A stretch of DNA of 64,000 bases, taken from the NCBI GenBank assembly GCA_965112155.1, contig OZ218114.1, one strand, 5' to 3'. Below the pieces are notes generated by a model. That model did not search any database. It saw nothing but the letters and a program-made list of their open reading frames with translations, and had not been told where the DNA came from. The DNA is from Podarcis liolepis (taxonomy: Eukaryota). Numbering within the stretch: position 1 is the first letter of the stretch; every line of letters starts with the position of its first letter. Of this stretch, positions 36,454-50,726 are shown piece after piece. Both the position numbers and the translations under genes were made by a program.

Positions 36454-39400
36454 TATAACCAGCTTATAACCTGGTTTGGAGCAACAGGAACAGTCTGATA
36501 GCATCTGGGGCTTGTTAGCAGCTCCATGCGTAGGGGTCGGTCTCTCCCCTCCCCCCCTTGTGTGTGTGTGTGTGTGTGTGCATGCATGTGTGCCTATGAG
36601 AAAATAACTGAGAGTCACACCAACTATTCTGAATTGGGCTCTACATAGGAAAGGAGAATTACATTGGATGGTCAGTTAGTCCCTTAACATTAGTCCATGA
36701 GCAAACTGCCTTTTGAACTCCCCTCTCTCCAGTACACTTCCCCCTTGAAAGTCTTTGTACGCTCTTGTGATGGCACTGGAGGTGACTATCTCTCTTTTCC
36801 AATATGCTGGTTGCCCTTTTACTCTACTTTATTTCTATGTAATCTAATTTTGCTCATCCATATTACTTTAACATAATTCACTCCCAGACAGAATGGAAGA
36901 GCCACACGCAGTAATAGAATGTGAAACGTTTATTAGATTCAGTGTGGTGAGACCTAAATAGCCCAGGACCAAAGAGTTGTGGTGTCTTCCTTCAATTTAT
37001 TGCCCTGTCATCCACTCTTGTATACTGGGCAGTGCCCATCACCAAGGGTGGGGTTTCAGCTATGGGGCACAAGAACCCAGGCACACATGAGCAATTTGAA
37101 TGCACATGGCTGTAGTCTCGAAGCTGATATTCAGAAGCAGTCATCCCAAAACAAAACACATATCTAGAAGGAAAATCGACTTCAAGAGGTTTTGCTCACA
37201 GCTCTGTTACACTGTAGGGCTTTTGATTCTGCAGTATCCAACTAGGTTATAATCACAATGGACCACTGAAATGGACCCACAATGGACCTACTGAGTTAGG
37301 GCTCATTCCCACTTCTGTTTGCCCCATTGCTTCCCCCTGAGAAAACCCACAGTTTAGTGCTGGATTGGAACAAACAGCCATCTGGATTTCAGCAGATCGC
37401 CGTTTGGTCTGATTTAGCACTAAAGGGCAGACTTTACTCGCGGGAGGGGGGAGAGAGAAGAAGTGGGGCAAAGGCAAAACCACTCAGACCTGTGCCTAGG
37501 TACAGGATAAGCAGAAGTGTGGACAAGCCCAAGTCATGTCTATTAACTTTGAAAGGTCTACTCAGGCTTACATGGACGGAGCTTTTGGCCAGCCTTCTCA
37601 AACATGCTTCCCTCCAGATGTTGTGTGGCTCCAACTCTCATCAGCCACAACAGCTGTCATGGCCAATGGTCAGGGATGATGTGATTTGGAATGCAACCAG
37701 AATGGAAAGGGCTGTTTCAGGGGTTCATCTTCTGACCCAACTCTTGCCTTCCATTGTATGGAGGTTCCCTGGCCCTCAAACCACTTGTGAGTGAAATTTA
37801 AAGCTGAAAGATCCCAGAACAACTGGAGGAGACACCAGCTGGTTCTACGCCAAACTCAAGTTGGCCCTTGGATTTGTCTCAGACGTCTGCCCTGCAATGC
37901 TGGGATTCATCAGAGCACACCTTCCTCTGTGCCTTGCTAGCTGGGGATCTTTTTGTTCCGTACTATAAATGCCTCTCCATCACAACTACACATTCTCTCT
38001 TGGACTCCAGAATCTGTGAGCATTGTGGTCTTTCGTGATAAGTAATGAGCCATTAGGGAAGGCATAATTGGATGCTGGCTCACTTCCACGGACAAGCTTG
38101 CCGGAGCTTCCTGGCCTAACAAGTCCAGGTCAGAGAAGGATTTCAAGAGGTTTGACCTAATGTGTGCAATTTCCAAATTGCAGCCATTAGTTGGAGAGAA
38201 AACAATCACCATAATAGAACTGCTCAGTCCAGCATAGCCAAAACATTCCTCCATACCTCTACTCCTGCAAATGCTTAATTTGTTAAAACTCTTTAGTGGT
38301 CCAGCACTACAAAACTGGCTTCCTTTCAGGGGTGGCTGGACCACAAAGCTGTTTGATGCATGTGCCTATCTGCCCCCACATAGAGAATTTTAAAACTACA
38401 ATGATCCTGCGGAAAGGAATCAGTCTCCTTAAGACAGCAGCAGCAGTATTCTTCCTTCCTTCCCAAGGACAGTGGAGACTTGTTCACATATCCTGTTGTC
38501 CCACTGTTGTCTCCCCACCCAAACCCAAGAAAACTGTCAGAGCTCAATCAGAGCAAGCAGCCATTTAGATTTTCTCAAGATTGATTGACATTTGCTCTGA
38601 TTTAGCATTAAAGAGTGGGTTTCCCATGGGAAAGGAGCAGGGCAAGAGAAAGAACACTACGACCTGTGCTTTCCTGGCACTGGACAATCAGAAGTGTGGA
38701 TGAACCCTCTGTTACTAAATATTTTAATGTGAGCCCATCTAATTTGCATTTCCCAAGCCCAGGTTAGAGAATGTGTGAGCTGAAATGCAGCTGCCATGTG
38801 AAACTCACTCTTCCCTGCACTTCTCCAGTCAAAAAGTGCACATATCAGGGAAAAGTGTGGACCGAAATGTGGATATTTGAAAGGGGGGGAAAGGAATGCA
38901 CAAAAATGCATAGTAGGCAAAATTGCTACAAAATTGCCTACTTTATAGTAGGCAAAATTGCATACAAAAATATGTCATCAGAACAAAAGTGTGCAAAAAT
39001 GCATACACTGGCATTTTAAAAATGGAAACCTGCTTGAATTTTGCCTGTTGTCTATGTGGTGGTTCTTTCAGCACTAAGTGAAGACATCTTCTTCCTTTCC
39101 TCAGGCTTTTCAGGTTTTTCTTTTTGGTGTTTCAGTGATCTTTTGTACTGTCACTGGTTTTCATTTTATTCCACTATTGCTTTTATTTTGTTCTACATTT
39201 TATGTTTTACATCCGACTTTTACAACTTAATGGCTTTAAATTTTAACTTCAGTCTTATACTAGGCCTCGTAGCCACAGGCAAGAAGGAACTGAGTGCAGG
39301 CAAGGGAGTTGGCTGGTGGATAAAGGCCAGAGTGCCTTCCACACTCCATTGTACCCAGTGCAGAAATGTAGCAGGCTGCTATAGGGGGAAAAACAGGACT

Positions 39401-40837
39401 TCTCTGCCCCCTGCTTCTTCTAGCCCCAGCAGGCTACTACGGGGAAAGGCAGACTAGTAACTTTTGTTAGCTTCAAGGCTCTTTTATTTGTGTCCAGAGA
39501 ACTTGCAACTGTGAGATATATAAATATTCCAAACCAGCAAACAACCAGAGCCCCGCTGACGGAGGTCACACAGAGGTTAAGGTGTGCAAACCGCATCCGG
39601 AACATTACCCTTGCAAAAGGGCCATACCTTGCCTGCCTTTTTTTTTTTTAATGCATAAAATTTAAGACTTTGCCTTCCTGCTTTCTTTTTAGGCTGATGA
39701 ATCTTTGATGTGTCTTATTGATTGTCAGCTTACGTTTTCTAAGCTTTTAGGCTGTAAGCCACCATGGCTTCCCTCCCCCCCCCCAAAAAAAAGCTAAAAT
39801 AACTTTGAAAGGTCCCAGGTTCAATTCCTGGCATCTCTACTTAAAGAAGGTCTCCAGTAGCTTGGTTCTCTCCAAAACCAACATTGCGCCAGGGCTGAAG
39901 ATTGTCTCATTCAGAGATGTAATTGCTGCTTCAACATCCAATGTTGTTGCAGGGTTGGTATTCATTGCACGAGTCTACATTAAGCCACTCTTGATTTTGA
40001 AAGGTACGTATCAGTCCAATGGTCCCAGTCTAGATCAACCTTCTCCAAACTGGAACCTGCAAGTTTTTGTTGGACTACTACTCCAAATATCCCTGACAAC
40101 TGGCCATAGATTGTAGCCTACCTTCCCAGAGGCCAATCAGATGCTTCCAAGCAGGATATGAGAGTAGCACCTGTCCCTTACCCCAAGTCTCTGAATCTGG
40201 AGGTTCTATTCACCTGCTGATAGCCCAGCTACCCTCCACAAATTTGTCTGATATTTTCCCAAAGCCATGTAACTTATTGTGGTAAGGAGTTCCATAAGGT
40301 AACTATAGCTACTTTCTTTTGCCTTTCCTAATCCTTTTTGGGTTTCTTCTGCTAAAAAAAAAGGGGGAGGTGTGGGGACAGAGTTGGGATGTGCCACCTA
40401 AAATTCAAATGGTTTTTCTTCAAAGTGCTGACAAGAAGAAACCTGTTTCCTTTACACTTGATTTACTTTCTCCCACATCAAGACGGACATTGTTTGCTCC
40501 TATAAATAAGCCTCTGCTGACAGTCACTGAGCCAGCCTTTAAAATTTTCAATGTCTTGTTTGAAAGATGCTGCTAAAGGACAACAGGTTGACAATGGGAC
40601 TGATTGCACAGCTGGATCAACTGAGGGGAGGGGAGAGAACAAGGGGGTGTGATTTGGTGGGGCTTTGGCCCATATTTCTGGAGAGAAAGGAAGTAGCGAG
40701 ACTTGGATACCAGCAGGATGGGAAAATGCTGGGTATCAGCTGTTCAGATGGGCAAATTCTGAGCTTTCAAATCTTGGGGCCTCCAAAATACTGGAATTTA
40801 GTTGTTACAAGAACTGTCAACGGATTTAATATAGATT

Positions 40838-40893
40838 AATAATAATAATAATAATAATAACAACAACAACAATAACAAATACTACTACTACTA
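40838..40893. repeat. Compound (AAT)n(AAC)n(TAC)n microsatellite
   Basis: Read directly. Confidence 0.9.
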
Positions 40894-42827
40894 ACAAAAG
40901 GAGATAGTCTTTTTTGAAGTGTGGCACCCTAGATGGCTTCATAATCAAAAGCTACCACCCACAGGGATAAATATTGAGGTAAATGTAATTTGCCACAAAC
41001 AGCTGCCACACATACGGTTTTTCCCTTGTGTGGTAATACTGGCTAGAACATTCCCGTGTTTTGTTCTGCTTTCCCCTGCATCAGCTGGTGGCAGCAGCGA
41101 GTGGAATGAATACAGAATATTGTGGTGTAAGGGAAGTCAAGCACTATGGAAGGAGGTAGACACACCTTATCTGTTTTTGACAGAAGCCACGAGCTTATCA
41201 TAATCTCCAGTTAGAAGGAAAGGGCATGTTAAATATCTTCAATGATGAAGCCATTTAGGGGGTGAAGGAAGGCAAGTCTAAACAAACTGGGCCTAAGGAG
41301 TGATAATATAAAAGTAGCTTATAGCAAAGGCTTATCCATACTTCACCTTGTCCTGCTGCTTCCCTCCACCCCAAAGGGAAAACCGGTCTTTATTGCTCAA
41401 TCAGAACAAGCAGCATGGGGTTTTCTGTAGGCTGCTGTTTGTTCTAGTTTAAAGCTAAGTGGGTGTTCCCTGGGAAAGGAGCAGAGCAAGGGGGAGACCA
41501 CACAGCCCCTGTGTTTTCTAGGCAAGGACAAGGGGAAGTATGGATGAGGTCCAAGTCAGTCCACTGGTCTATGTAGTCCAATTCTGTATATTCTGACTGG
41601 CACCAACTCTTTAGGGTTCTAAACAGGGGTCTTTCCCAAGGTTAGCTGTAGAATCCTTTTAACCGGAGACGCTGCAGACTGAAACTGTGAATATGTGTGT
41701 ATAGTCTATTTATTTTATTTCCTTAATTAAAACCTTTGCATGCCAACCCTCACACCATTTAGGGTTATAGGGCAGCGAACAACCAAATTCTATGGCAGAC
41801 AGGTACTTCTTGTTCCTAGACTTGCCAGGACCCATTTCGAAGGTGTCAGTGGCAAGCTGATGCCAGGATAGTTTGAAACCTAGAGAGTCGGGAATTTAAA
41901 TCCTGACAAAAAGAGCCAGCACTCTCAGGAAATGTTATTTAGTTTTCTCCCCAACCCTGGCTATAAAATTGCATAATCCTCCTCACTGCTCCTTATCATA
42001 ATAGCGGCTATACAGGAGACACTGTACATGCTAAGCTTATAGCAGTCTTTCCTAACCTAATGCCCCCTATGGGGGCTGGTGGTGGGCTGATGCAAGTTGT
42101 AGTCCAAAGCAGCTGGCGGGCACTATGTCAGGCATGGCTGGCTTACAGAATACAAAAGATGATCCTTCAGCCTCAGTTCCAGGTCTGGGGGGGAATGGGT
42201 AATATACGAGGATAGGAAGCATTCTCCAACTGGGAGCAGCATGCACAGCACATCAGAAACAACAGCCTGGAAGCAAGCTCCGTCTGATCTGTCCACTGAA
42301 CCCATCCATTTGCGATAAACTCCCTGTCATTTAAGGCATTAAGCTCCCATAAGGCCACTTGGCAGGCCTTCCCCATTCTTCTTCCAATCACATTTGTCCA
42401 AGCTTTGCTACCCATATTAATTCATTAGAGATTCAATTTCCCAATTCATAAAATCAGCCTTACATTTGGAAAGCGTCTCCTGGGGAAATGGATGGCTTTT
42501 GCTATCTGAAGTGACTCAGCTGTGGCGTGCCACGGAAAGGGCCTTGCGCCGTCTCCTGACAGCATAGCAGCAGTCAAAGGCAATCCATTGCTCAAATTCA
42601 TTGCCTGGCCCAATCTCACAGTCTACATTGTGAGGCAAAAAATAAATAAATAATGTGGATGGGAACCGGAGGCAAGGACTCTCGCAGCAGCCTAGTATTG
42701 CAGAGGGCAATTCAGAGGGCAAGGAAACTCATCAGCACTAGTCCAAGGCTACTGGTGTGGCAAGTAACATCACCTGGACACAGGCTGCTGGCTTCAAACC
42801 AGGAATCTTCCACCCCTCCCCCATTTA

Positions 42828-43161
42828 CCGTATTGGCCTGAATATAAGCCGCACACGAATATAAGCTGCACCTTTAAAATTGATGGGGGGGTGTTTTAAA
42901 ATACCCAAATATATGCCACTCCATTCCTCGTTGCTCCTGGCTGCATACTGGGGGGAGGGGGTGTGCTGTGCTGCTGGTGGCGGTTCCCCTTCCAAGCCTT
43001 GGGGGAGAGGGCACAGGGCGGGTGTCGCTTTGCCACGTTCCTGGTGCTGTTTGCCCCGCGTGCCTGGCTGCATACCGTAAGGTCACAAATATAAGCCCCA
43101 CTTTAACTTTTCGCGGTTGGAATTTGGGCGAAAAGTGAGGCTTATATTCAGGCCAATACAG
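42828..43161. mobile_element. Tc1/pogo-type MITE
   Basis: TA|ccgtattggcctgaatataagcc ... ggcttatattcaggccaatacag|TA; 23-bp TIR with 1 mismatch; CpG-retaining interior. Confidence 0.9.
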
Positions 43162-45653
43162 TACTTTTAAAACCTGCAGCTGAATTAGTAGAGGAGGCAC
43201 CCAGGACTTCTCTTGTTTGAGTTCTCCACAGACCTTCAAATCAGCTGCTTTTCCCATCTGCAGAGTCGAACACTAGGAGGCCGAGTTGGAGAGGCAGAGG
43301 GGGGCAGGCAGAGGAGACAAACGGAGCCATTCTTTCCCACAAGGCTTGCACGTGAGAATTTACACACTGGATTGCACCCTGCATTAATCAGCCTGTGTCA
43401 ACTGGACTTTCTGCCTCAAGCGCCAAAATACTTTGAGTCAGCAAGTATGTTTGCAGTCCCCAAGCATTCACTGTCACAAACTAAGCAGAATTCCCCAGCA
43501 CCGTTTGAGTAGCTGCGAAACCATTATTCACTTCCAAATGACCTGCCTTCTTTCCTTCTTTTAATGTTTTCTCCTGCTGTTTGACTGAACGGTGCTGCAT
43601 CCAGTAACATCTCCCATTGCGACAACCTGGTGGGTACATTTCACTCTCATGATGGTCACTACATCACATGGATGGATAGAAAGGAAGATTCCTCCCCAGT
43701 CCCTTTTCAGGTGAGATTGGCTAATGAGAATGGGCACCCTCTTGTGTGCAGTTGGATCAGTTCTCTGGAGCTCCTCCTCTGCAGGCACTTGAGTTCAGTG
43801 ACAAAGCACACGCTTTGCATGCAGAAGGTTCAAGTTTCAGTCCTTGCCATCTTTAGTTAAAAGAATCTCAAAAGAGAGGTGGTTGGGGAAAGCAAGTAGA
43901 TGAAACTGTGGGCTGTCTCATCTCTCAGCAGCAAATTTAAAGCTAAAGAGGAACCCCGGGCTGCAATCTAGGAATCCAACTGCCTTGTAAGTTGGAATGG
44001 AAAGCCAAGTTGGCTGCACAGAAGAAGTGGCAGGGCAGGAGCTGCATGCTGTCCAACTTTTTCAAGCCCTAAACCGGGATGTGTCTTCTGGGACACACTC
44101 CTGGGTGAGTCATGTGACTTGCGCCTCACTCCTGCTCTCCTCAATGTGCTTTTTGGGTGCTGTGGAAGATTCCCCCCCCCAAAGCACCTTTTCAGGGTGA
44201 GAGCACAGCATGAGAGCACGCAAAAGTGCAGCACCCAAAATGGCTGCCAAGATCTCGCCAAAAACACAAGCTGTCCCATTTTTTTCCAGGGCACTTGGAA
44301 GATATGGAGTTGTTCTTAATAGATATCCATGGGACGCAGACTGAGTGCTCCTTCCATAAGGAAATGGAAGAAGCAGTCACACTGCATCAAATAACAGCAT
44401 GGATCCCAACCATGGTCGCACCTGCTGGTCTGCGACAAAATTAACTATTGTCAAGACAAACCCCACAAAAACATTTCAGAAAATGGGAAATGTAAGTAAA
44501 TATTTGCAAAAACTGTCTGATTTCCAGCAGAAGTTCCAACATGCAGAATGAAGACTCCTCTCAATGCAGAGTCCTGGACCAGAAATTCCAGAAACCCTGC
44601 TCTCTACAGAATGCCACCCGCTCCCATCCCTGCTTGTTTAAATAGCAACCATTAATCTCTTGCTCAAAGCTAATTCTGTGTCTCATCCTCTTCCCAGGGG
44701 AGAACGGCTAAGTGCAGTTCTTCTGTTTCCTTTTAAATATTTGCTAATGCAGCCTCTTAGCACACGCGTACATGGGGAAGAAAAGATCGCCCACAGAAGT
44801 CAAAGCATAAGGAAATAAAGCACTGCATTTGAAACAAAAGTGCAGAAGCTTGTGGCAGATTCTGTGAATCTTGTGGATGACATTGGTTCATCGGTATGGA
44901 AAGAAGCACACCCACTGGATCATTCCAGTTGAATAACTGCATTTCCAGGGACCATTGGTTGGAATTCAAAATGGCAGCTTCCTGCATTAGAAATCACATT
45001 TACTATATTTGCCAGTTAAGCTGTAAAAACTAAACAAAAAACCCACCAAGCTTTTCATAGGGAAATATTACTAGGTGTTTCTGGATGCTTTTGGCGGAAA
45101 TTTTGCTATTACTTTTCTCAGCTTCTCTGCAGATAACCTCCAAATTGTGTTATGTTTCTGATCTTTAATTTGCAGGGGAGGAATCTATTTTTAATCCAAT
45201 TTTGATACAGTCTTACAAATTCTGGGAAGAAAGATATTCTGGAAGTGATCCACCAGGATCTCCCCCCCCCCCCCAAATCATCACATATTTCTAACACCTC
45301 AGACTGGCAATCACATACATGTAAATCAACAAGGACTCTATAGCAAGCAACAAAACTATTTTCAGGACAAATCAGATTTATGTACCTTGCTGGAGCTGCT
45401 GAACCATTTTTGATACAACCTTGACTACCAGGAGTTATTGGCATATATTTGTTCCTATTTTAAAAAGTGCTATAGCAGTCCTATAAAAGTTGCAGAGAAG
45501 GGAAGCTAGGTGAGGTAGAGGGTAATGCATTGCTCATGAATGGCTATATCTGCACTGCAGCTTAAGGCTGCAATACTTGCATACTTGCCCCACAGTTCAA
45601 GAACCACAGAATACACTGTGGAGCTTACTTCTGACTAAACGTGCACAAGAATA

Positions 45654-45897
45654 CAGTGAAACCTCGGTTGTCGAACACTTCCAAAGTCAATTGTTTTGGC
45701 TTTCGAATGCCGACAACCTGCAAGTGAATGCTTCCATTTTCGAACGCGCCTTGGAAGTCAAACAGCTTCTGAGGCGCGTTTTTTCTCCATTTTCTCCATT
45801 GCAACTGCCAACCGGCAATTGCGCCTCAGTTACTGAATGTTTTGGAAGTTGAACAGTCTTCTGGAACGGATTGTGTTCGACAACCGAGGTTCCACTG
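45654..45897. mobile_element. Tigger/pogo-type MITE
   Basis: TA|cagtgaaacctcggttgtcgaac ... gttcgacaaccgaggttccactg|TA. Confidence 0.9.
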
Positions 45898-45969
45898 TAT
45901 AAGAATAGCCCTGCTGGATCAGACACAAAGGCCATCAAATTTCCCATAGTGGCCAACCAGATTCCTATA

Positions 45970-46210
45970 CAGTGGTACCTTGGTTCTTGAATGGCTTCGC
46001 TCCCGAACAAATTGGCTCCCGAATGCTGCAAACCCAGAAGTAAGTGTTTCGTTTGTGAATGTTTTTCAGAAGCCAAACATCTGGTGTGGCTTCTGCTTGA
46101 GCGAAGGAAGCTCCTGCAGCCAATCGGAAGCCACGCCTTAGTTTTCAAACGGTTTTGGGAGTCGAACGGACTCGTGGAACGGATTAACTTCAAGAACCAA
46201 GGTACCACTG
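45970..46210. mobile_element. Tigger/pogo-type MITE
   Basis: TA|cagtggtaccttggttcttgaa ... ttcaagaaccaaggtaccactg|TA; perfect 22-bp TIR. Confidence 0.92.
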
Positions 46211-48250
46211 TAGAAAGCTTACAAGGAGTGTTTGCTCTCTTCCAGTGACTCATATACAGAGACATTAATAAATAGATTGTAAACAGCCTGGAAATATTTG
46301 ACACTAGGACATGGGGAAGGCCTTTTCTGTAGCTATGCCTATCTTGCAGAATTCCTTACATCTCAGGAGATTGTTAGGCCCACTTCAAAATGATCTTTAT
46401 CTGCTTCAACTAGCTCACGTTTAATTGTTGTCATTATTTCTGACATATTATTTTACTTGCATTGGGGGGAGGGAACGTATAAACACTGTAAAAGAATTGT
46501 AAAAACAATTGTTTTTAATACAACGCAATTGTGAAATTTAAACTGCTGCGGGCAACTCTCAGTGTGGTGGTTAAGGACAGGAGAAAGTGTGGATAAGCCC
46601 TTAGACTAAGCGAAACATGGGGAATGTGGCTGATATGTGTCATAGAGATGAGGATCAGGGTAGCTCCCTGTGTTTGTTTTACCAAACTCTTGAATATAGA
46701 TAGAAAGGTGCCTAGATTAAGTGGCTATAGAGCCACTCATTTTCCCTTTAGAGAGGTAAAAGTCACAGGTATTTTCTGGAACCCTCGCCAAAATTTGTCA
46801 GGGGGAAATGATCAACTGGAGAAAAAAGAAGCAGGCATAAACTATCTTACATTTCTAGGGCAGACATATCCTCCAAGTTACAAGCCATGAAAGTTGCTTG
46901 CCAACTGAAAAACAGCATAACTTTCAATCAAACAAAACCAGGAGGAAAATCACCCACAGCCAGCATTGTGCCTTCAGCTCAGCATTTACTGTGGCCCCTT
47001 GCACACATCACAAAAACAAGATCCCAAAAAAGTCAAAGTCATGCCGAGGGGGGCAGGCGGGCAGTTTTGACATGGCTAAAACTCTTCATCATCTCTAGGC
47101 AATTATTAGACCGGAACACTGGGCTGGGCACTCGCCATCTGCTTGACTGTTTTCTGCACAAAGCCAGAGACAGTAATCAGTGGACAAAATTTTATCCCCC
47201 GCTGGTGGACACAATTGCAGCAAGAGCAGCCCTTTCCTCGCCTAGGAAAACAGCAAGCCAAACGAAGCAGAGGCAATTTTCAAGGTGCTCTCCTTGTCCA
47301 GGGACACACAATTGCCTTTGTCATAAAGAGACACAATTCGGCTCTCGGTATGACAGCTACCTTAGCCGACCCTGTATGCTGCGGCAGTCTAGTGTCTAGA
47401 CAAATGCACGGGTGTGTGTCCTTATTTAAGAACTGGAGATCGTTAAGTGATGCAGATCTTCCTGCATCCCTTATCTTGGGTCCCAGAGAGCGATTTAATC
47501 ATGCAGTGTCCCAGATATGTAAAGAAGGATAAAAGAATACTTCTATCTCCCCCCACGTAAGAATCGGAAGAAAGCATTTTGCATATTAAATAACCTCCTC
47601 TGCCCAAGCTTCCTAATCCATCTAATCCCCACCCCCATCCCGGACGTGAAAGGGCAAGGAGGACGAATTAATGGGTTTGTATCAAAACAAAATCGGAGCT
47701 AAACCAGGGAACCACGGAGCCTTGTTCATTTCCATTTCCTCATTAACAGCATCAGGTCTCCGGGCTTAGCGGGGCCAGGCTGCCTCCATACAAGAGGCTT
47801 AAACTCTCAAGCCATTTAAAAAATGATCACTCCAAAAGGTAATCCTTCGACAAAATGCAACAGGGCACTGGAGATGCTGCCAAATGACCCAGTGACCCAG
47901 CTAAAGACAGGAGCCCCCCCCCCCAATAGCCTTCAACCTAGTTCTTGCAAAGGTGAGTCGACCTGTTTCTGGGCTGTACCATGTCAGGCTGCCGGGGGGG
48001 GGGGATCTGGTGAACACCAAGACAACTAGATATCAAAGAAAAGGATTTTGCCTTAGCCCTCTCATTGGCATACCAGCTTTCTTGGAGCAGGGAAACCTAG
48101 CTATGCATGTAGCGGTGCAAACCAGAATTCAGTGAGAACCAAGCCTCATTTAGTGGGGTCCACATTCAGACCCATTTTGAAAGCTCAAGGTGGAGCTGCA
48201 GTGACTTTTTAAACATGAAATTGAATTCTACAAGCAGAACTCTAATAATA

Positions 48251-48470
48251 CAGTGGTACCTCGGGTTACAGGCGCTTCAGGTTACAGACTCCGCTAACCC
48301 AGAAATATTACCTCGGGTTAAGAACTTTGCTTCAGGATAAGAACAGAAATCCAGCGGCGCAGCAGCAGCAGAAGACCCCACTAGCTAAAGTGTTGCTTCA
48401 GGTTAAGAACAGTTTCAGGTTAAGAACGGACCTCCGGAACGAATTAAGTATGTAACCAGAGGTACCACTG
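48251..48470. mobile_element. Tigger/pogo-type MITE
   Basis: TA|cagtggtacctcgggttaca ... tgtaaccagaggtaccactg|TA; internal ggttaagaac repeats. Confidence 0.92.
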
Positions 48471-48899
48471 TATCCTACTTCCAGGACTCAGTGATTCCAC
48501 AGGGTTGGGGGGGGGCGTTGGGGGTGCTAAAGCTATGGAGTGGTGAAACAGGTGCTAGTCCTCTCTGCCGTTTTGGAGCCCAAGGAGCAATTTGGTATTC
48601 TGGGGAGCTCCGGGCTATGAAACAGGCCAGGTCCTCTAATAGCTGGCCAGCAGAGTTATTCCTGATAGTCCAGAGGTTACTGACTCCTAATGTGGGGAAA
48701 GGAACTTCTGGAGCACTCGAATATCTGCTGCAACCAACTGGCTACACATTGTGGGAATGAAGTTGCATGACTCTGGTGTGATCTTGATTCTGCAATTTTA
48801 TTATATTTTTTATTTTTTGCAGCTCTATCTGAAGGACTCAGTGTCATTATTTAAGATGTTTTGTGGGATTTTGATTTACCTTATATAATCAGCACCCCC

Positions 48900-49140
48900 A
48901 ACCGCTGTCCTTCCTGGTTATTAAATCTAACAGAGATGGGCTGAATGTTTGGGTCCAGAGTGTAGCTAACCCTTCACTGTGCAAGGAGGTGGTCCCTGCT
49001 ACATTGAAACAGGCAGTAGTGAGACCACTCCCAAAGAAACCATCTCTGGACCCTCCGGACTTAAACAACTATCAGCCATTTGCCCATACACCCATTGGGG
49101 GGAAGGTGGTGGAGAGGACCTTAGTCGGGCAGCAGCTAGC
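48900..49140 (+). mobile_element. L2-group LINE ORF2 fragment (pre-RT region)
   Basis: VPATLKQAVVRPLPKKPSLDPPDLNNYQPFAHTPIGGKVVER, a decayed LKKPSLDP..NYRP.S..PFLGKV.E motif. Confidence 0.8.
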
Positions 49141-50154
49141 ATTATTCCCCATCCCTTGTTTACCATACCCTACCAAAGCCCAAGTACTTCCAACTCAAAT
49201 AGAGGCATATTGTTTTACTGACTGCACCTGCCTCCATCTCCCTCCTCTTCCTTTGTTGTCTTTATCCATTACAAGCTCCTTGGGGTAGCAACTGATCCTC
49301 TTATACTTAGCAAAACACAGTGTACATTTAAGGTGTTATATAACAGACTGAAAGATCTAAAGTAAAATCTATACTTCCATTTTACTCACGGAAGATCCCA
49401 GGTTCAGTTCCCAGCATCTCCAGGTAAAAGCATATCAGAAAACTAGGCTAGGAAACAGAGATGACTAAGGAATTTGAACTTTGTGAATTCTTACACAAAC
49501 TGACCCATCCTGGAACTAATAAATTATAGATCAAAACTTAGTCATCTACTGGTTCTCTTTTTCTCAAATGTTTCGATGCATTTTCAAGCAGAAAAATAAA
49601 TTTAGAAATGCTTATTTCGATAGAAAACGTGCTTAGAGAAGCTACTTTAATTGTGGACCAGGCTCAACGAATCAAAAGGGTGAACTCAGTAACCCCATTT
49701 CTTACTAAGAAAGAGCTTCAGGTTATCTTTTCTTCCTCCAGAAATAATACCTGCTCAGCTTTGCTAAATCTACCTAAGAGTGAAACCTTTATTCTGCTGG
49801 AAGTCAAATATGAAACACCAACTGACAATGTCTTGTACCTGATGACCAGAAATAAAACAACTGTTGGAAAGTAAGGGGAAAGTGGAAATGTCCTTTGAAG
49901 ACCCTACTGTCCATTTCAAAAAGTCACATAATTCTTACTCAGAAAAATCAGCCTGCTACCATTTCAACACAATAACCTTTCCCAAACAGCAAATGTCATA
50001 ATTTATTTCTCCTTTCGATTCATACTTCTACTATCAAGGCACTCACTTTTCTATTGCATAGTGCAGTGGTCCATGAATTCTAACATTAAACCACTCTGAA
50101 CATTTTCTCTCCCATACGTGTGTCTCCCTTTCCTAAGTTCTTTCTTTTCTTTTC

Positions 50155-50185
<31 letters not shown>

Positions 50186-50726
50186 TCTTTTTTTGGAGAG
50201 GAATATATATTTCCATGACATAGTCTTCTCTGTTTTGCTTAGAAAACTTTTGCTTTCTCCATAAAAGGTTAGTAACAGGAATGGATTAGTACTATAGTAT
50301 TAGGTCACGGATGTGACCCTTTGAGCAAGCTGTATCTCATTATGCTTTTATAATGTGGAAGGATCAGTAGAATCTATAGATTGATTTGAAGCTTGTCAGT
50401 GTAGGAGAGAAACGTGTGAGGATGGCCCACGCTACATTTGGCATAAAAAGAATACAAACTGGTTCATTTTGAACGAGTGAAATATTTGACGAGACATGTT
50501 GATATGCACTGTGTGCTTTTCTTCCATAGGGTTGCAACTCATGAGCTGGGGTGGCTTTTCCACATTCCAAGTACCCAACCCAACTGGTAACCAATACCAC
50601 CCACACAGAAAAATGATAGGGGCTTTTTCTTGTGTCCCAGGTCAAACCCCAGCATCTCCAGGCAGGGCTGGGAACACCCCATGCCTGAAACCATGGCAAG
50701 GAGGTGCTGCTTTCACCACCAGTATG

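Noticed and set aside
45687-46304. 205-aa minus-strand ORF
   Set aside because: Runs across two MITEs and a CR1 remnant; no transposase motifs.
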